A stretch of DNA of 56,310 nucleotides, the filler included, from Jimgerdemannia flammicorona (Eukaryota), in NCBI GenBank assembly GCA_003990765.1. It is 3 parts of 3 records of this genome, joined end to end, with 100 filler letters (N's around TTAATTAATTAA, not from the genome) between each part and the next. Parts side by side here need not be neighbours in the genome. Positions count along the whole stretch, not along the records: positions 18,817 to 37,516 come from RBNJ01002132.1; positions 37,617 to 56,310 come from RBNJ01002133.1; 1 more part is not named here. One strand, written 5' to 3'. Made by a program: the position numbers and the translations under genes. Below the pieces are notes generated by a model. That model was not told where the DNA came from and did no database searches. It saw only the letters and a program-made list of their open reading frames with translations. Of the stretch, positions 26,853 to 37,658 are shown piece by piece (the first letter of the stretch is position 1; every line of letters starts with the position of its first letter).

Positions 26853-27040
26853 TATGGTGCGCCATCAGGGTCAAAACTATCAAATCAAAAAAAAATGGAT
26901 TGATGATAAAAATTTGACCAAAAAAATTAGATTGATGAATTTAATCAAAAAAATTAGATTGATGATAAAAATTTGACCAAAAAAATTGGATTGATGAAAT
27001 TTGACCAAAAAAAGTGGATTGACAAAATTTGATCAAAAAA
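26853..27040 (+). repeat. Left TIR and subterminal repeats
   Basis: Units of aaaaattggattgatga(taa)aaatttgacc, reverse-complementary to 36920-37151. Confidence 0.9.
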
Positions 27041-27691
27041 GTAGATACTTATATTACTCAAGGCTATATATATATTACATGTGTCAAGGTGCATCACATT
27101 TATCAAGACACATCATATCTATTAAATCATTCCATTCAGCCATAAGATCAATCAGATTCAACTTACATAAGTTTCTATTCTCTTTGCTAAATTTCTATTC
27201 CCTTCATCAAATTTTTATTTTCTTTATCAAATTTATTTCTATTCCTTTCTATTTTCTTCACTAAATTTCCATTTCCTTTGCTAAGATTCTATTCCCTTCA
27301 CAAAGTTTCTGCCTCCACTGTTCTCTCTACTGCTGATTTTCCATTTTTTCTACTATCAAGTTATTGTTTTCCTTCTCTCTATTATCAAATTTCCATTTTC
27401 TATTCTCTTCACCACCAAAGTTTCTATTGCCTCTACTGCCAACAAGTTCACTCTGTTCTCTGCAAAAAGGGTTTCTTTCCTCTACTATTAAGTTTTCATT
27501 TTTCAATCCTTACATCATATTTCCATTTTCCAATCACTTCATAGTCCCCTCTGCCACCAAGTTCTATTTCCCCTAACACCAAGTCTCTATTCACCCTACT
27601 GCCAAGCCTTTGGTTGCTAGTATATCTGAGCAGATAAATATAATTTATTTGAGCATATTACACATTATACATATAAAAGAGACAGTTAGTA

Positions 27692-30251
27692 ATGAGTCAG
27701 TTCTGTGAATATAAGTGTTATAAAACTTGTCATGGGCTCTCAGATTCTTGCTGAGAGATATATCTATAGAAAAGGACTTCACTTAGAAAGACAATCTTCA
27801 ACTTTGTATGCATTTATAGATTGCTATCATATGTGACAATTTCTGCCAAAAAAAAGAAACCCAAAAATCCCTCAACAAACTAAATATTATTTGCATTTCT
27901 TTAAGAAACATATTTCAGAAGTCTTTCCTGATATTTGGTCATAGATCCTGAATTGCTACAACATTTGGTAGCTCTTGCTCAGTACCCATAAATATAACAA
28001 ATCCTCCAGTAGCTACAACAAAGTGAACCTGTTCAGCAAGCTGCAAGTAATACCTCTATGTAAAGTATATTTATAATAATTATATATTCTAATATTTTCT
28101 AATATGATATGTCTTTTTTTTTTTTAAAAAAAAAAAAAATTAGTTTATTATCTCATCATTTACTATCCTATGTGATGATAGTGCTGTAGTAGTCAATGAA
28201 TGTATATTGACTTCATTTCAATACAAGGACCTCCATATATATGGATACAACTTTGTCAAGGTCAAGAATTATACTATCCTTCACCCTCTTCATACACCTG
28301 ATACTGAATTCAATACTGAGACCTTAATACACTTCTTTGGTAAGGGAAAATGGTATATTGAGGCCTGAACCATAATGCTCTTACCATCTGTACTTGCTGC
28401 ATCTGAGGAGGATGACAACTCTGGTAAGTTTTAAAGTTCTCTACTGATTTAAAGCTAAGATTGATTATATATATATAAGTAATATAATATAATATATATT
28501 GTATGACTAATTCTAATATTGATATTTTAATATCAAGTTATCACTCCTATTGAACTGCTTTGCAAGTTTTGCAATCAGCTATATTACAATATTCTGAAAT
28601 ATACTTTATATGAAACTATTTGTCCAAGAAATACTAGTGTCAGATATATATATATTTTTTAAGAATTGCCAGTTTTTCTTGTGTATATAATTTATAAAAT
28701 AATTATTTATAATTATATTTGATGAAACTACTGAATCTGAGCAATCAATAGTGATAATTGATGACAAAAACGATCTAACTGCTGAATCATCTCTCAGGTA
28801 ATAAGATATTATATATAATATAATATTTTATATATTATATTGATTATTTATTCACATATATAATTATATATTAGTTCAAGTCTTCCACTAATGGATGACC
28901 TTCTGACAGCTCTGTCAACTCTGGACTCATATGATACTGCAGAAAGCATTAACTCTGAAAGCAATAGTTGAGAGATAGCCTTTTTTGCCAATCTTACAGA
29001 CTCTTATAATGGAGAATTATTGATAAATTCACTGCAAACAATAAGGCATTTGGCTATTGATGCTGGACTACTGTACAATATATAAGATAATAGAATATTA
29101 GGATTTTAAATATGTATGCATTTCATTTTAAATACTTTAGTACATCATTCAACACTTTTTGAAGATTTATTTTAGTTTTATTCATCTCTGGAGTCCAGCT
29201 CAGATATACTCTGCTTGGTCAAAGTTACTGTCATAGGTGAATCTGCAGTAGACCAGGGAGGAGTTGCACAAGAAGCCTTTTAAATTACATTAGACCATTA
29301 TATTGAACAATAGTCATCTTTGATGGAGGGCAATGAGAAATTTCTCCCATATACAGAAAGTTATTTGAATATTGACAAGCATGACTATTGGACCTTAGGA
29401 TGGATTATTGTGGCCTCATTTCTCAACTATGGACCTATACCTGATTGTCTATATCCTGCTTATCTTCTTTATGCTTGCTATGATTCGATTGGTCATGAAG
29501 ATGTATTGTCATTTAGTAAGTGATATGGCTTCCTCCTTCAAGCACTAGACCTTACTGAAACAATAAAGGAGATATGGTCTGAATCTTTAGAGTCAGTTAG
29601 ATTTTATATTCTTCTTTATATTTTTTTTAATTATAAATTATTTAATTTAAAAAATTCTTTTTATCTAGATTGATATCTACCTTTGAAGAGCTTGGTATCA
29701 GTCAGAATATACAGAATATAAAGCATAAAGACAAGAATGAAGTTCTCTCATTGATTACAAAAACTCTTCTGATCTGGAAACAACAACCTGCTCTTGACCA
29801 GCTTGTTTCAGGATTCAATATCAGAAACTTCATCAATAATTTCATTCATCAACCACAAAGATTTCAACCAATTGCATAACTTTTTTACTCTTCAGTTCTC
29901 TACAGTAAGGAAGATATTACTAATGCAATTGATTGGCCATCATGCTCAGCTCCTGGAACAAGGATCAGTATTTGTGTCCAGCTTTTCAAGGAGGTTCTCC
30001 ACAGATGGTCTACCAATGATCCTCAACTTCTTAGTCAGTTGGTGTAGTTCTGGAGTGGTGCATGAAACATTCTAGTTCAAAAATGATTGCAGCTTAACAT
30101 TCACTATTTTGGAGTAACCAGCTCATATTGGCCAGTAGCTCATACTTGTAGACCAATACTGGAAATTAGAGATAACTATGAAATAGGAGAGTAGCTTGCA
30201 GACAGCTTAGTTGCTGCATTTAATGAGGGAAGTATCATAACTCTTCTATAG
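27692..30251 (+). pseudogene. Transposon-borne multi-exon HECT E3 ubiquitin ligase (G2E3-like HECT), decayed; start approximate
   Basis: KVTVIGESAVDQGGVAQEAF (29221-29280); DYWTLGWIIVASFLNYGPIPDCLYPAYLLY; QQPALDQLVSGFN; catalytic-type motif WPVAHTCRPILEI (Cys at 30147-30149). AT-rich GT-AG introns, Cys-rich upstream exons, many stops. Confidence 0.8.
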
Positions 30252-31304
30252 TGTTTTATATAAACAACCTTTCATTCCTATATCTCTTATTCTGTATCTC
30301 TACCTCACATTTTGTTATACTTCAGTTATATTACTGTGATATTTGCTTCTTTGCTCTATATCTATCTTGCTGTTGTATCTCTGTATCTAATTATATTACT
30401 ATCTAGTATTTCTTTGCAGCATTATTATAACTCATATTCTTCTGCTCTATGATTATTTATATATCTTAACTCTTTATATCTCTGCCTCTGTGATTCTTTA
30501 ACCCTACCTCTGAAATTTCTTATATCTCTGATCATTTGCCTCTTTGCCCTATGACTCTTTGCATATCTGTACATTTTTTCTTATATCTCTTCTATATGAT
30601 CATCTGCCTCTTTGTCTCTATGATTCTTTGTATCTCAACTCTTACTTCTCTGGTCCTGCAATTTTCTACTATACTCCATGGTTCTTTATATATCTGTCCT
30701 ACAATTCTTTGTCTCTCTGCCCCAACCTGTATTCATAGACAGAATGAAACCTTGGACAAACATTACAAGGCCCTACCACAGCCTGTAAGCTATAGCAATT
30801 GCTACTGTATACTCTGTTTACTATTTAAGAAATAGGTACTAGATTGGATCAGATTGCTACCATATTGAACTGGGTCAGCCTAGTAATTCTTTTCATTTCT
30901 GTTCCTTTATTCTTTACCTCTATGCTCTGCAATTTCTTGCATCTTCGGCCTGCAATTCTTTGCTTCACTGCTTCTGCAACCCTTTGCCTCTCTGCTTCTA
31001 TGATTCTTTACATCTCTGCTATGCAGTTCTTTGCATCTCTACCCTGAAATTCTTTGTATCTCTACTCTATGATTTATTGAACTTCCACCCTATATTCACA
31101 CTTTATAAACTCACACTTACTTGCATCACTATATTCTGTATTTCTTTGTGCATCTGTATTCTTTGCAACTCCTAAACTATTATTTGATCTTGAACTAGCA
31201 ATTATAATAAATTCATACAGAATATGCTGTTGAAATGATTAGAAAATAGTGTGGCAAATGATTTTACACCATATGATTAAATGCTCATGTGATTTCGACT
31301 TTCA

Positions 31305-31960
31305 GATAAAACATGTTCAAACTCTCACCCACATTGCTCATTGCCAAGTCTAACTTACAGTTAGTAATATAAATATTTTTGCCACTATTGGATCCTTAGA
31401 CAAAATACACCAGCACTGCTCATTGCCAAGTCTGACTTATGGTTAGTGATATAAATATTTTGCCACTCTCAGATCCTCATATCCAAACTCTCAAAACGTG
31501 TTCAAACTCTCACCCACACTACTCACTGCCAGATCCTCAGACAAAATGCATTCAAACTCTCACCTGTACTACTCACTGCCAGATCCTCAGACAAAACACA
31601 TTCAAACTCTCACCCATACTGCTCACTACCAGATCCTCAGATAAAATACATTCAAACTCTCACCTACACTGCTCATTACCAAGCCTGACTTATAGTTAGT
31701 TTTTATAATCAGACAAAATACATTCAAACTCTCACCCACACTGCTCATTACCAAGTCTGACTTATGGTTAGTTTTTATAATCAGACAAAACACATTCAAA
31801 CTCTCACCCACACTACTCATTGCCAAGCCTGACTTATGGTTAGTTTTTATAATCAGACAAAATGTATTCAAACTCTCACCCACACTGCTCCAAATACCCA
31901 ACTCAGATAAAACGTATGTCCAAACTCTCAAGCCACACTGCTCATTGCCAAGTCTGACTT
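31305..31960 (+). repeat. Minisatellite array (45-72-bp units) inside the transposon
   Basis: About nine copies of (c)attcaaactctcacccacactgctca(t/c)tgcca, with alternative tails agtctgacttatggttag or gatcctcagacaaaa. Confidence 0.9.
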
Positions 31961-32229
31961 TTTTTACCATTATTGGATCCTTTCACTAACTATGAATCTC
32001 CCTCACTCTCTCAAAACCCAGCTCAAGTACCAAAATGACCTATATAAAACAAACTGCAAAGAAGTCAACCTTTGGCAATGTAGTCCAATGAAGCCTATCT
32101 CAAAGTATAATTATGACACCAACCAAGCATCCAGCTCGAGTGGCCAATATAACCAGACCATCTATTCAGATATATTATATAGAGGGGGTAAAAAAAAAAA
32201 AAAAAAAAAATGGATGAGATATATATATT

Positions 32230-33075
32230 TTCAGATGAATGTCTCTATGACTAAAGCCTTTTTTATTTTTTATTCTTTTGGATATTTTGGGATGTCTCTA
32301 TGATGGAAGCCTTAATATCTTTCCTGATGAATGTCTCTGTGACCAAAGCCTCTTTTATTTTTTATTCTTTGGATATTTTGGATAAATGTCTCTATGACTA
32401 AAGCCTTAATATGTATCCTCTTTTTTATTTTTATTCTTTTGGATATTTTGGGTGAATGTCTCTGGACTGAAGTCTTAATATCTTCTTTCCTGGTGAATGT
32501 CTCTGTGACTGAAGCCTTTTTTATTTTTATTCTTTGGATATTTTGGGTGAATGTCTCTGTAACTAAAGCCTTAATATCCTCTTTTTTACATATTTTTTAT
32601 TCTTTTGAATATTTCAGGTGAATGTCTCTATGACTGAAGTCTTAATATCTTCATTCCTGGTGAACATCTCTGTGACCAAAGTCTTTTTTATTTTTATTCT
32701 TTGAATATTTTGAGTGAATGTCTCTGTGACTGAAGCCTTAATATCCTCTTTTTTATTTTTTATTCTTTTGGATATTTGGATGAATGTCTCTGTGACTGAA
32801 TTCTTAATATCTTCTTTCCTGATGAACATCTCTGTGACCGAAGCCTTTTTTATTTTTATTCTTTAGATATTTTGAGTGAATGTCTCTGTGACTGAAATCT
32901 TAATATCCTTTTTTTTATTTTTTATTCTTTGGATATTCTCTGTGACTGAAGCCTTAATATTCTCTTTTTTACTTTTTATTCTTTGGATATTTCAGGTGAA
33001 TGTCTCTGTGACTGAAGTCTTAATATTCTCTTTTTTATTTTTTATTCTTTGGATATTTCAAGTGAATGTCTCATG
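32230..33075 (+). repeat. Minisatellite array (33-60-bp units) inside the transposon
   Basis: More than 15 copies of gtgaatgtctctgtgactgaagcc(ttaatatc)...ttttattctttggatattt. Confidence 0.9.
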
Positions 33076-33136
33076 TCTCTGCAACTAATACCTCAAAAAT
33101 TTTCTAATTTCTATTATCAAATTGACTTATTACTAG

Positions 33137-34014
33137 AATTCTCAAACCATTAATATTGGTTACATCAAGGGTACCATATGCTACCTGTGTGGGACCGAAG
33201 GCTGTATTCTTGAAGGATGTAGTATCAGCAACTGTTCCAATGCCATCTGCATTGAGAATGATCGCAGTCATCCATATATACCACTATTTATTACTGAAGG
33301 AGCCTGGCAATGTCCATCTCATGATGGTAAAGCTGATACAACTGTTTGGTACAATGGGAATTGTCTCATTGACATCCAGACACTTGAATTGGCATCATAT
33401 TTGGAGTGGGAGATCCTCTTTTCAGCAACTGGGTTGATATTTTCTTTGTATAGTATGTATACTTTTATATTTATATTTATTTGCTAATATTGGTCGGATT
33501 TTAGCTAATAAGATATTTTTTATCTATACAGCAAAACCAGATCCTTTTTACAAAGCACTCTTTTTCAACTAGAAATATGCTAAAGGCTGCTGCAATAAGC
33601 ACTGATCAGATGTAATGTTTTTTTTTTTTTTTTTTTTTTAATCTATTTTTTAATATTATATTCTAATTTAATATCATACTTTTTTCATCAAGATGGTGAC
33701 CTGAAGCTAGCAAATAGCTATTAATCCTGATACATACTAATGATGAGGGTAATTTATGGTTTGAGATCACTAAAGATGGATAGCCATGGGCAGTCCCATT
33801 GAATGAGGTATGTTTACAGAGTGTCTTTAGGTTTTTTATTAAATAAAATACTCATTTATTTACAGTTTTTTGCTAGCATCTTCACCAATAGCAGAACATA
33901 TAATATCAACATAGTTCTTTTCATCTGTGGCTCCCTAATACACTCTACCAAGTCCAATACTAAAAAGAAGTTGCAAGAGAAGACTGTCCAGGTAATAAAT
34001 ACATTGAAGAGATA

Positions 34015-34052
<38 letters not shown>

Positions 34053-34435
34053 TAAGTATCTATTTAAATATAATATATTTTATATATAGCTAATGATTAA
34101 ATTTATATTTATATAGACCAAATATTGGGAAAGTTCTTCTTTTTACACAACAAGATCTTCTACCAAATCAAATTGCTAGAGATATTCTGAAGATTATTGA
34201 GCAGTATGAGATGTGTGGTGTTCTATTTGTAGAAGCTGTATACCAAAGAGAGAATCTGTCAAGTCCTGTCTGGGTGTTGGAAAATAGTGAGGGAATATAT
34301 ATTCATAGAAAATTGTTATCTTGTTCTAAACATCCACATGTATACAAAAGTAGTCAGCACTATATGATGGTTAAATGTAGTGAGAATGATAGATATGTTG
34401 TTGAGATTGTAGAATGTAAGGCTTCTCGTAGATAA
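33137..34435 (+). pseudogene. Transposon-borne multi-exon gene with a PHD/ADD-like zinc finger, decayed; a possible upstream exon lies near 31992-32187
   Basis: 33179-33322 reads CYLCGTEGCILEGCSISNCSNAICIENDRSHPYIPLFITEGAWQCPSH. AT-rich GT-AG introns follow, and the last exon ends ...VVEIVECKASRR*. Confidence 0.6.
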
Positions 34436-34619
34436 TAAAAAATAAATGCAATTTTATTTATAATATTATTTGGTTGCAAATTTGATAGCTAATATCACTT
34501 TAAATTATATATAGTATAGCTAAATAATATAGATATTTATATATATCTTTATCCTTAGAGAAAGAGTTATTCTAGAGAAAAGAGTTTTCTTTCTAAGAAG
34601 CTAGGTGAATCTAGCATAA

Positions 34620-34777
34620 TAAATATATTAAATTTGAACTTGATTTTGTTAAGTTATTAAATTTTAAAGTTTGTCTCTAAATTTCAAATCAAATTGAACC
34701 TCAATTCAATTTGATTTGATTCCAATGACCCCTAATTCAATTTAATTGAAATTGATTCAATTTGTTTACAAGTACTA
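34620..34777 (-). mobile_element. Decayed member of the hAT-MITE family nested in the large transposon
   Basis: Reverse complement TAGTACTTGTAAACAAATTGAATC...GAATTGAGGTT resembles the left arm of 12260-12591 after CpG loss. Confidence 0.55.
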
Positions 34778-34799
34778 GGCTGAACAGTTCAGGTGATAT

Positions 34800-36560
34800 A
34801 TATTATCAAATAGTATGATTGGGCAATTTGTGTAAAGAGTAAAGAAAATAAAACAGCCAATGGCTCAGTAGAAATATGTGTAATCAGAATTCAGAAAGTC
34901 AGAATACAGGGGTCTAATACATATATGTAAACAAGAAGTATAAACTATTTCTGAATGATCAATATGAACTCCAATATAATCTCTGAAAATGCAAAGACTG
35001 AACTATTCCCAAGATACAAATACATATATCAGTATTAATTATATATAAAGTAATTGCAATACAACCTCTATTGCTCTAACATATATATCCATTCCCCAAA
35101 GATCAGATGCTGCCAATGGATCTATCTCTGTTTAAGGCTGCATTTTCATTTCATCAGAAAGGCCAATGTCCTGAGGAGGCTCTATTTCTTTAGATTCACT
35201 ACCTATGCCAACTGGACCATCCTAATCAATTCCAAAATCCTCATATATTCCTCCAAGTATATCAACAATATACTGGTCATCTTCTTTTGCATCAAATCAA
35301 TTCCGTTGCTCAGCATTAGATATGCCCAGAATGAACAACTACCATGGGGTTCTATTATTCTCCATTCTAATAGGATGTCAATTCCAACTCTCCATAAATG
35401 ATTGGAGGACAGCTTGAATTCAGGAAATATATATGAAGTGAAGACACTATATATGAACTGAATTGTCAATATTCAAGAATCCCTGATACTCAAGTTTATA
35501 AAAAATCTTAAAATAGCAATAAATTTAAAGTTAGAGAATATATTAAATAATATTATTTAAATATATATATATATATAATCTTACCTTATAAAATATTCTC
35601 AATGTGCAACTCCATACATCTCACCAAAATCATTCAATTCATTGATTATGTATAGATTTTCCAGCAATAAAACTGCTACAGCCAATTCCTCTTGTTTACA
35701 ATATAAACTCACAGACAGCATAATTTTCACCTCCCTTATCACCTCAAACTTAACTAGGACAACTCCAAGATCAGATTTCTTATAAAAATGCTTCCATCAT
35801 TATTTCTTTCTGATTATTATTGTTTAACATAAGAAATGTTATTGCCCGAGTCTTGCCATCAATACTGCCATGTACAACTATCTTCCATCTATCTAATCCA
35901 TGATATCCATCAATATGCCAGAGAGAGTTTGGTCGCTCAACCCAATAGACTCATCACTGAATACTCTCAGCCCATCATATAGAGACACCAATAGGATCAA
36001 TTACTTATAAGGCTCTTTGAATTCAATGTTGAGGAATATGTATTCCATGGCTTCGCAATAATCCAGTTAGTGTTTGCTCTCCACTATAAGCATCTGTTGT
36101 CTACTTAAGATACCTTATCATATTCTCCAGATCAGTATCAGAAATATCTGTCCATTGTCTACAGATTCTATAATCATGTAATTATCTCTTGATAGTTGAT
36201 TCTGAGACACCAAAGAGTCAAGCAATATCAGAATTTGTTAGACACTCTTCTACATTAGTAATAAGAATCTCCTTGCTGATAAGATAGTCTGGATGTCTAC
36301 CTTATCCAGTCCAAATAACTTGTGGTTGAATAGGTAATAGTGCAACTTCATCTGTATCAACATGAGTATGGATTCTAAGAAGCAGTGAGCAGGCTAAGTC
36401 AAGATTGCTCTGGATCAATAGATCAGATAATAGAGTTGTAAGGTGATTGAGATTATTTGCAAGCTGATTCAATTGAAGAAGGTGGAGGTCAAATTCAGGA
36501 TGATTGCCATTATTTCACAAGTTCAATGCATTTTGAGCATCTTGTATAATTTGGGAAGCT
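34800..36560 (-). pseudogene. DDE integrase-core transposase (IS3/IS481-related, IS3EU type), decayed, intron-containing; ends approximate
   Basis: VYWVERPNSLWHIDGYHGLDRWKIVVHGSIDGKTRAIT...PS*V*GDKGGEN...IAGKSIHNQ*IE*FW*DVW, then an intron starting at 35584, then FYKLEYQGFLNIDNSVHI*CLHF...WNWHPIRMENNRTP. Most stops sit at conserved Arg positions. Confidence 0.88.
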
Positions 36561-36795
36561 ATATGAAAGAAGTTCTGTATTTGATCCAGTTTGTGTAGTA
36601 TATATAGCTTACTTGGCTTATATGGTTTATATGACTTATATGTTTTGTATTTGCTCACAGCTTACTCAGCTTACACAGCTTGCACAGTTTGCACAGTTTG
36701 CATACCTTGTATAACTTGTATGACTTGTATTACTTATGGATGGTATAGATTATGTAGCTTATGTTAACTTATATATTTGATAGAGATTAGATAGT

Positions 36796-36900
36796 ATAAG
36801 CTTAAGTGGGTGGCATAAGCTTAAGTAGGTGGTATAAGTTTAAGTGGGTAGTATAAGCTTAAGTAGGTGGCATAAGCTTATGTGGGTGATGTAAGCTTAA
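36796..36900 (+). repeat. 19-bp tandem repeat, about 5.5 copies
   Basis: ataagcttaagt(g/a)ggtgg(c/t) repeated. Confidence 0.85.
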
Positions 36901-36919
36901 TTGCTTATAAAAAATCTAC

Positions 36920-37151
36920 TTTTTTTGTCAATCCAATTTTTTTGGTTGTCAATTTAATTTTTTTGATCAAATTTCATTGATCTACTTTTTTGATCAAATT
37001 TTGTCTATCCAATTTTTTTGGTCAAATTTTGTCAATTCAATTTTTTTGTTTAAATTTTGTCAATCTAATTTTTTTGGTCAAATTTTTATCATCAATCCAT
37101 TTTTTTTTTCGATCCATGATTTGATAATTTTGACCCTGATAGCACACTATA
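36920..37151 (-). repeat. Right TIR and subterminal repeats
   Basis: Reverse complement of 26853-27040, followed by GCTTTG. Confidence 0.9.
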
Positions 37152-37516
37152 GCTTTGTTACTATAAGTAAATATACTATGTCTATATAATATAATATAAT
37201 ATAAAATATTTTTCTCAAAATAAATAATAGAAAGATTTAATTATAATAATTGCCATATGAATTAAATATATATGAATTACAGTTTTAATGAATGTAATCT
37301 AGCAGATTACTGGAAATCTCAGAGATCAAAGATTACAATACTACTAAAAACTATAAAGTACTTATAGAGATTTTTTTTATACTTTTAAAATTATAAATAA
37401 GATTAATAATTAATATAATAATAATAAATAAAGAATTAAATATACTAAGAATACTATATATACTTAAGTTCAACTAGTTTATTATATCTCAAAGTCTTGT
37501 CTTTTAATCTTCAAAA

Positions 37517-37616
37517 NNNNNNNNNNNNNNNNNNNNNNNNNNNNNNNNNNNNNNNNNNNNTTAATTAATTAANNNNNNNNNNNNNNNNNNNNNNNNNNNN
37601 NNNNNNNNNNNNNNNN
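37517..37616. other. Artificial contig linker N44-TTAATTAATTAA-N44
   Basis: Same 100-nt structure as 18717-18816. Confidence 0.97.
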
Positions 37617-37658
37617 TTTGTTTGTTTTTTTTTTTTTTTTTTTTTTTTTTTGTTCTAG

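Larger units (their letters stand above)
26853..37151. mobile_element. Full-length decayed 10.3-kb IS3EU-like TIR DNA transposon with HECT and PHD cargo genes
   Basis: Left end TATGGTGCGCCATCAGGGTCAAAA, right end TTTTGACCCTGATAGCACACTATA. 6-bp TSD GCTTTG on both sides, mirrored subterminal repeats, internal DDE transposase. Confidence 0.88.

Noticed and set aside
31305..33075. CRISPR-like repeat arrays
   Set aside because: The intervening sequences are themselves repeated rather than unique spacers, there are no cas genes, and the context is a eukaryotic transposon.
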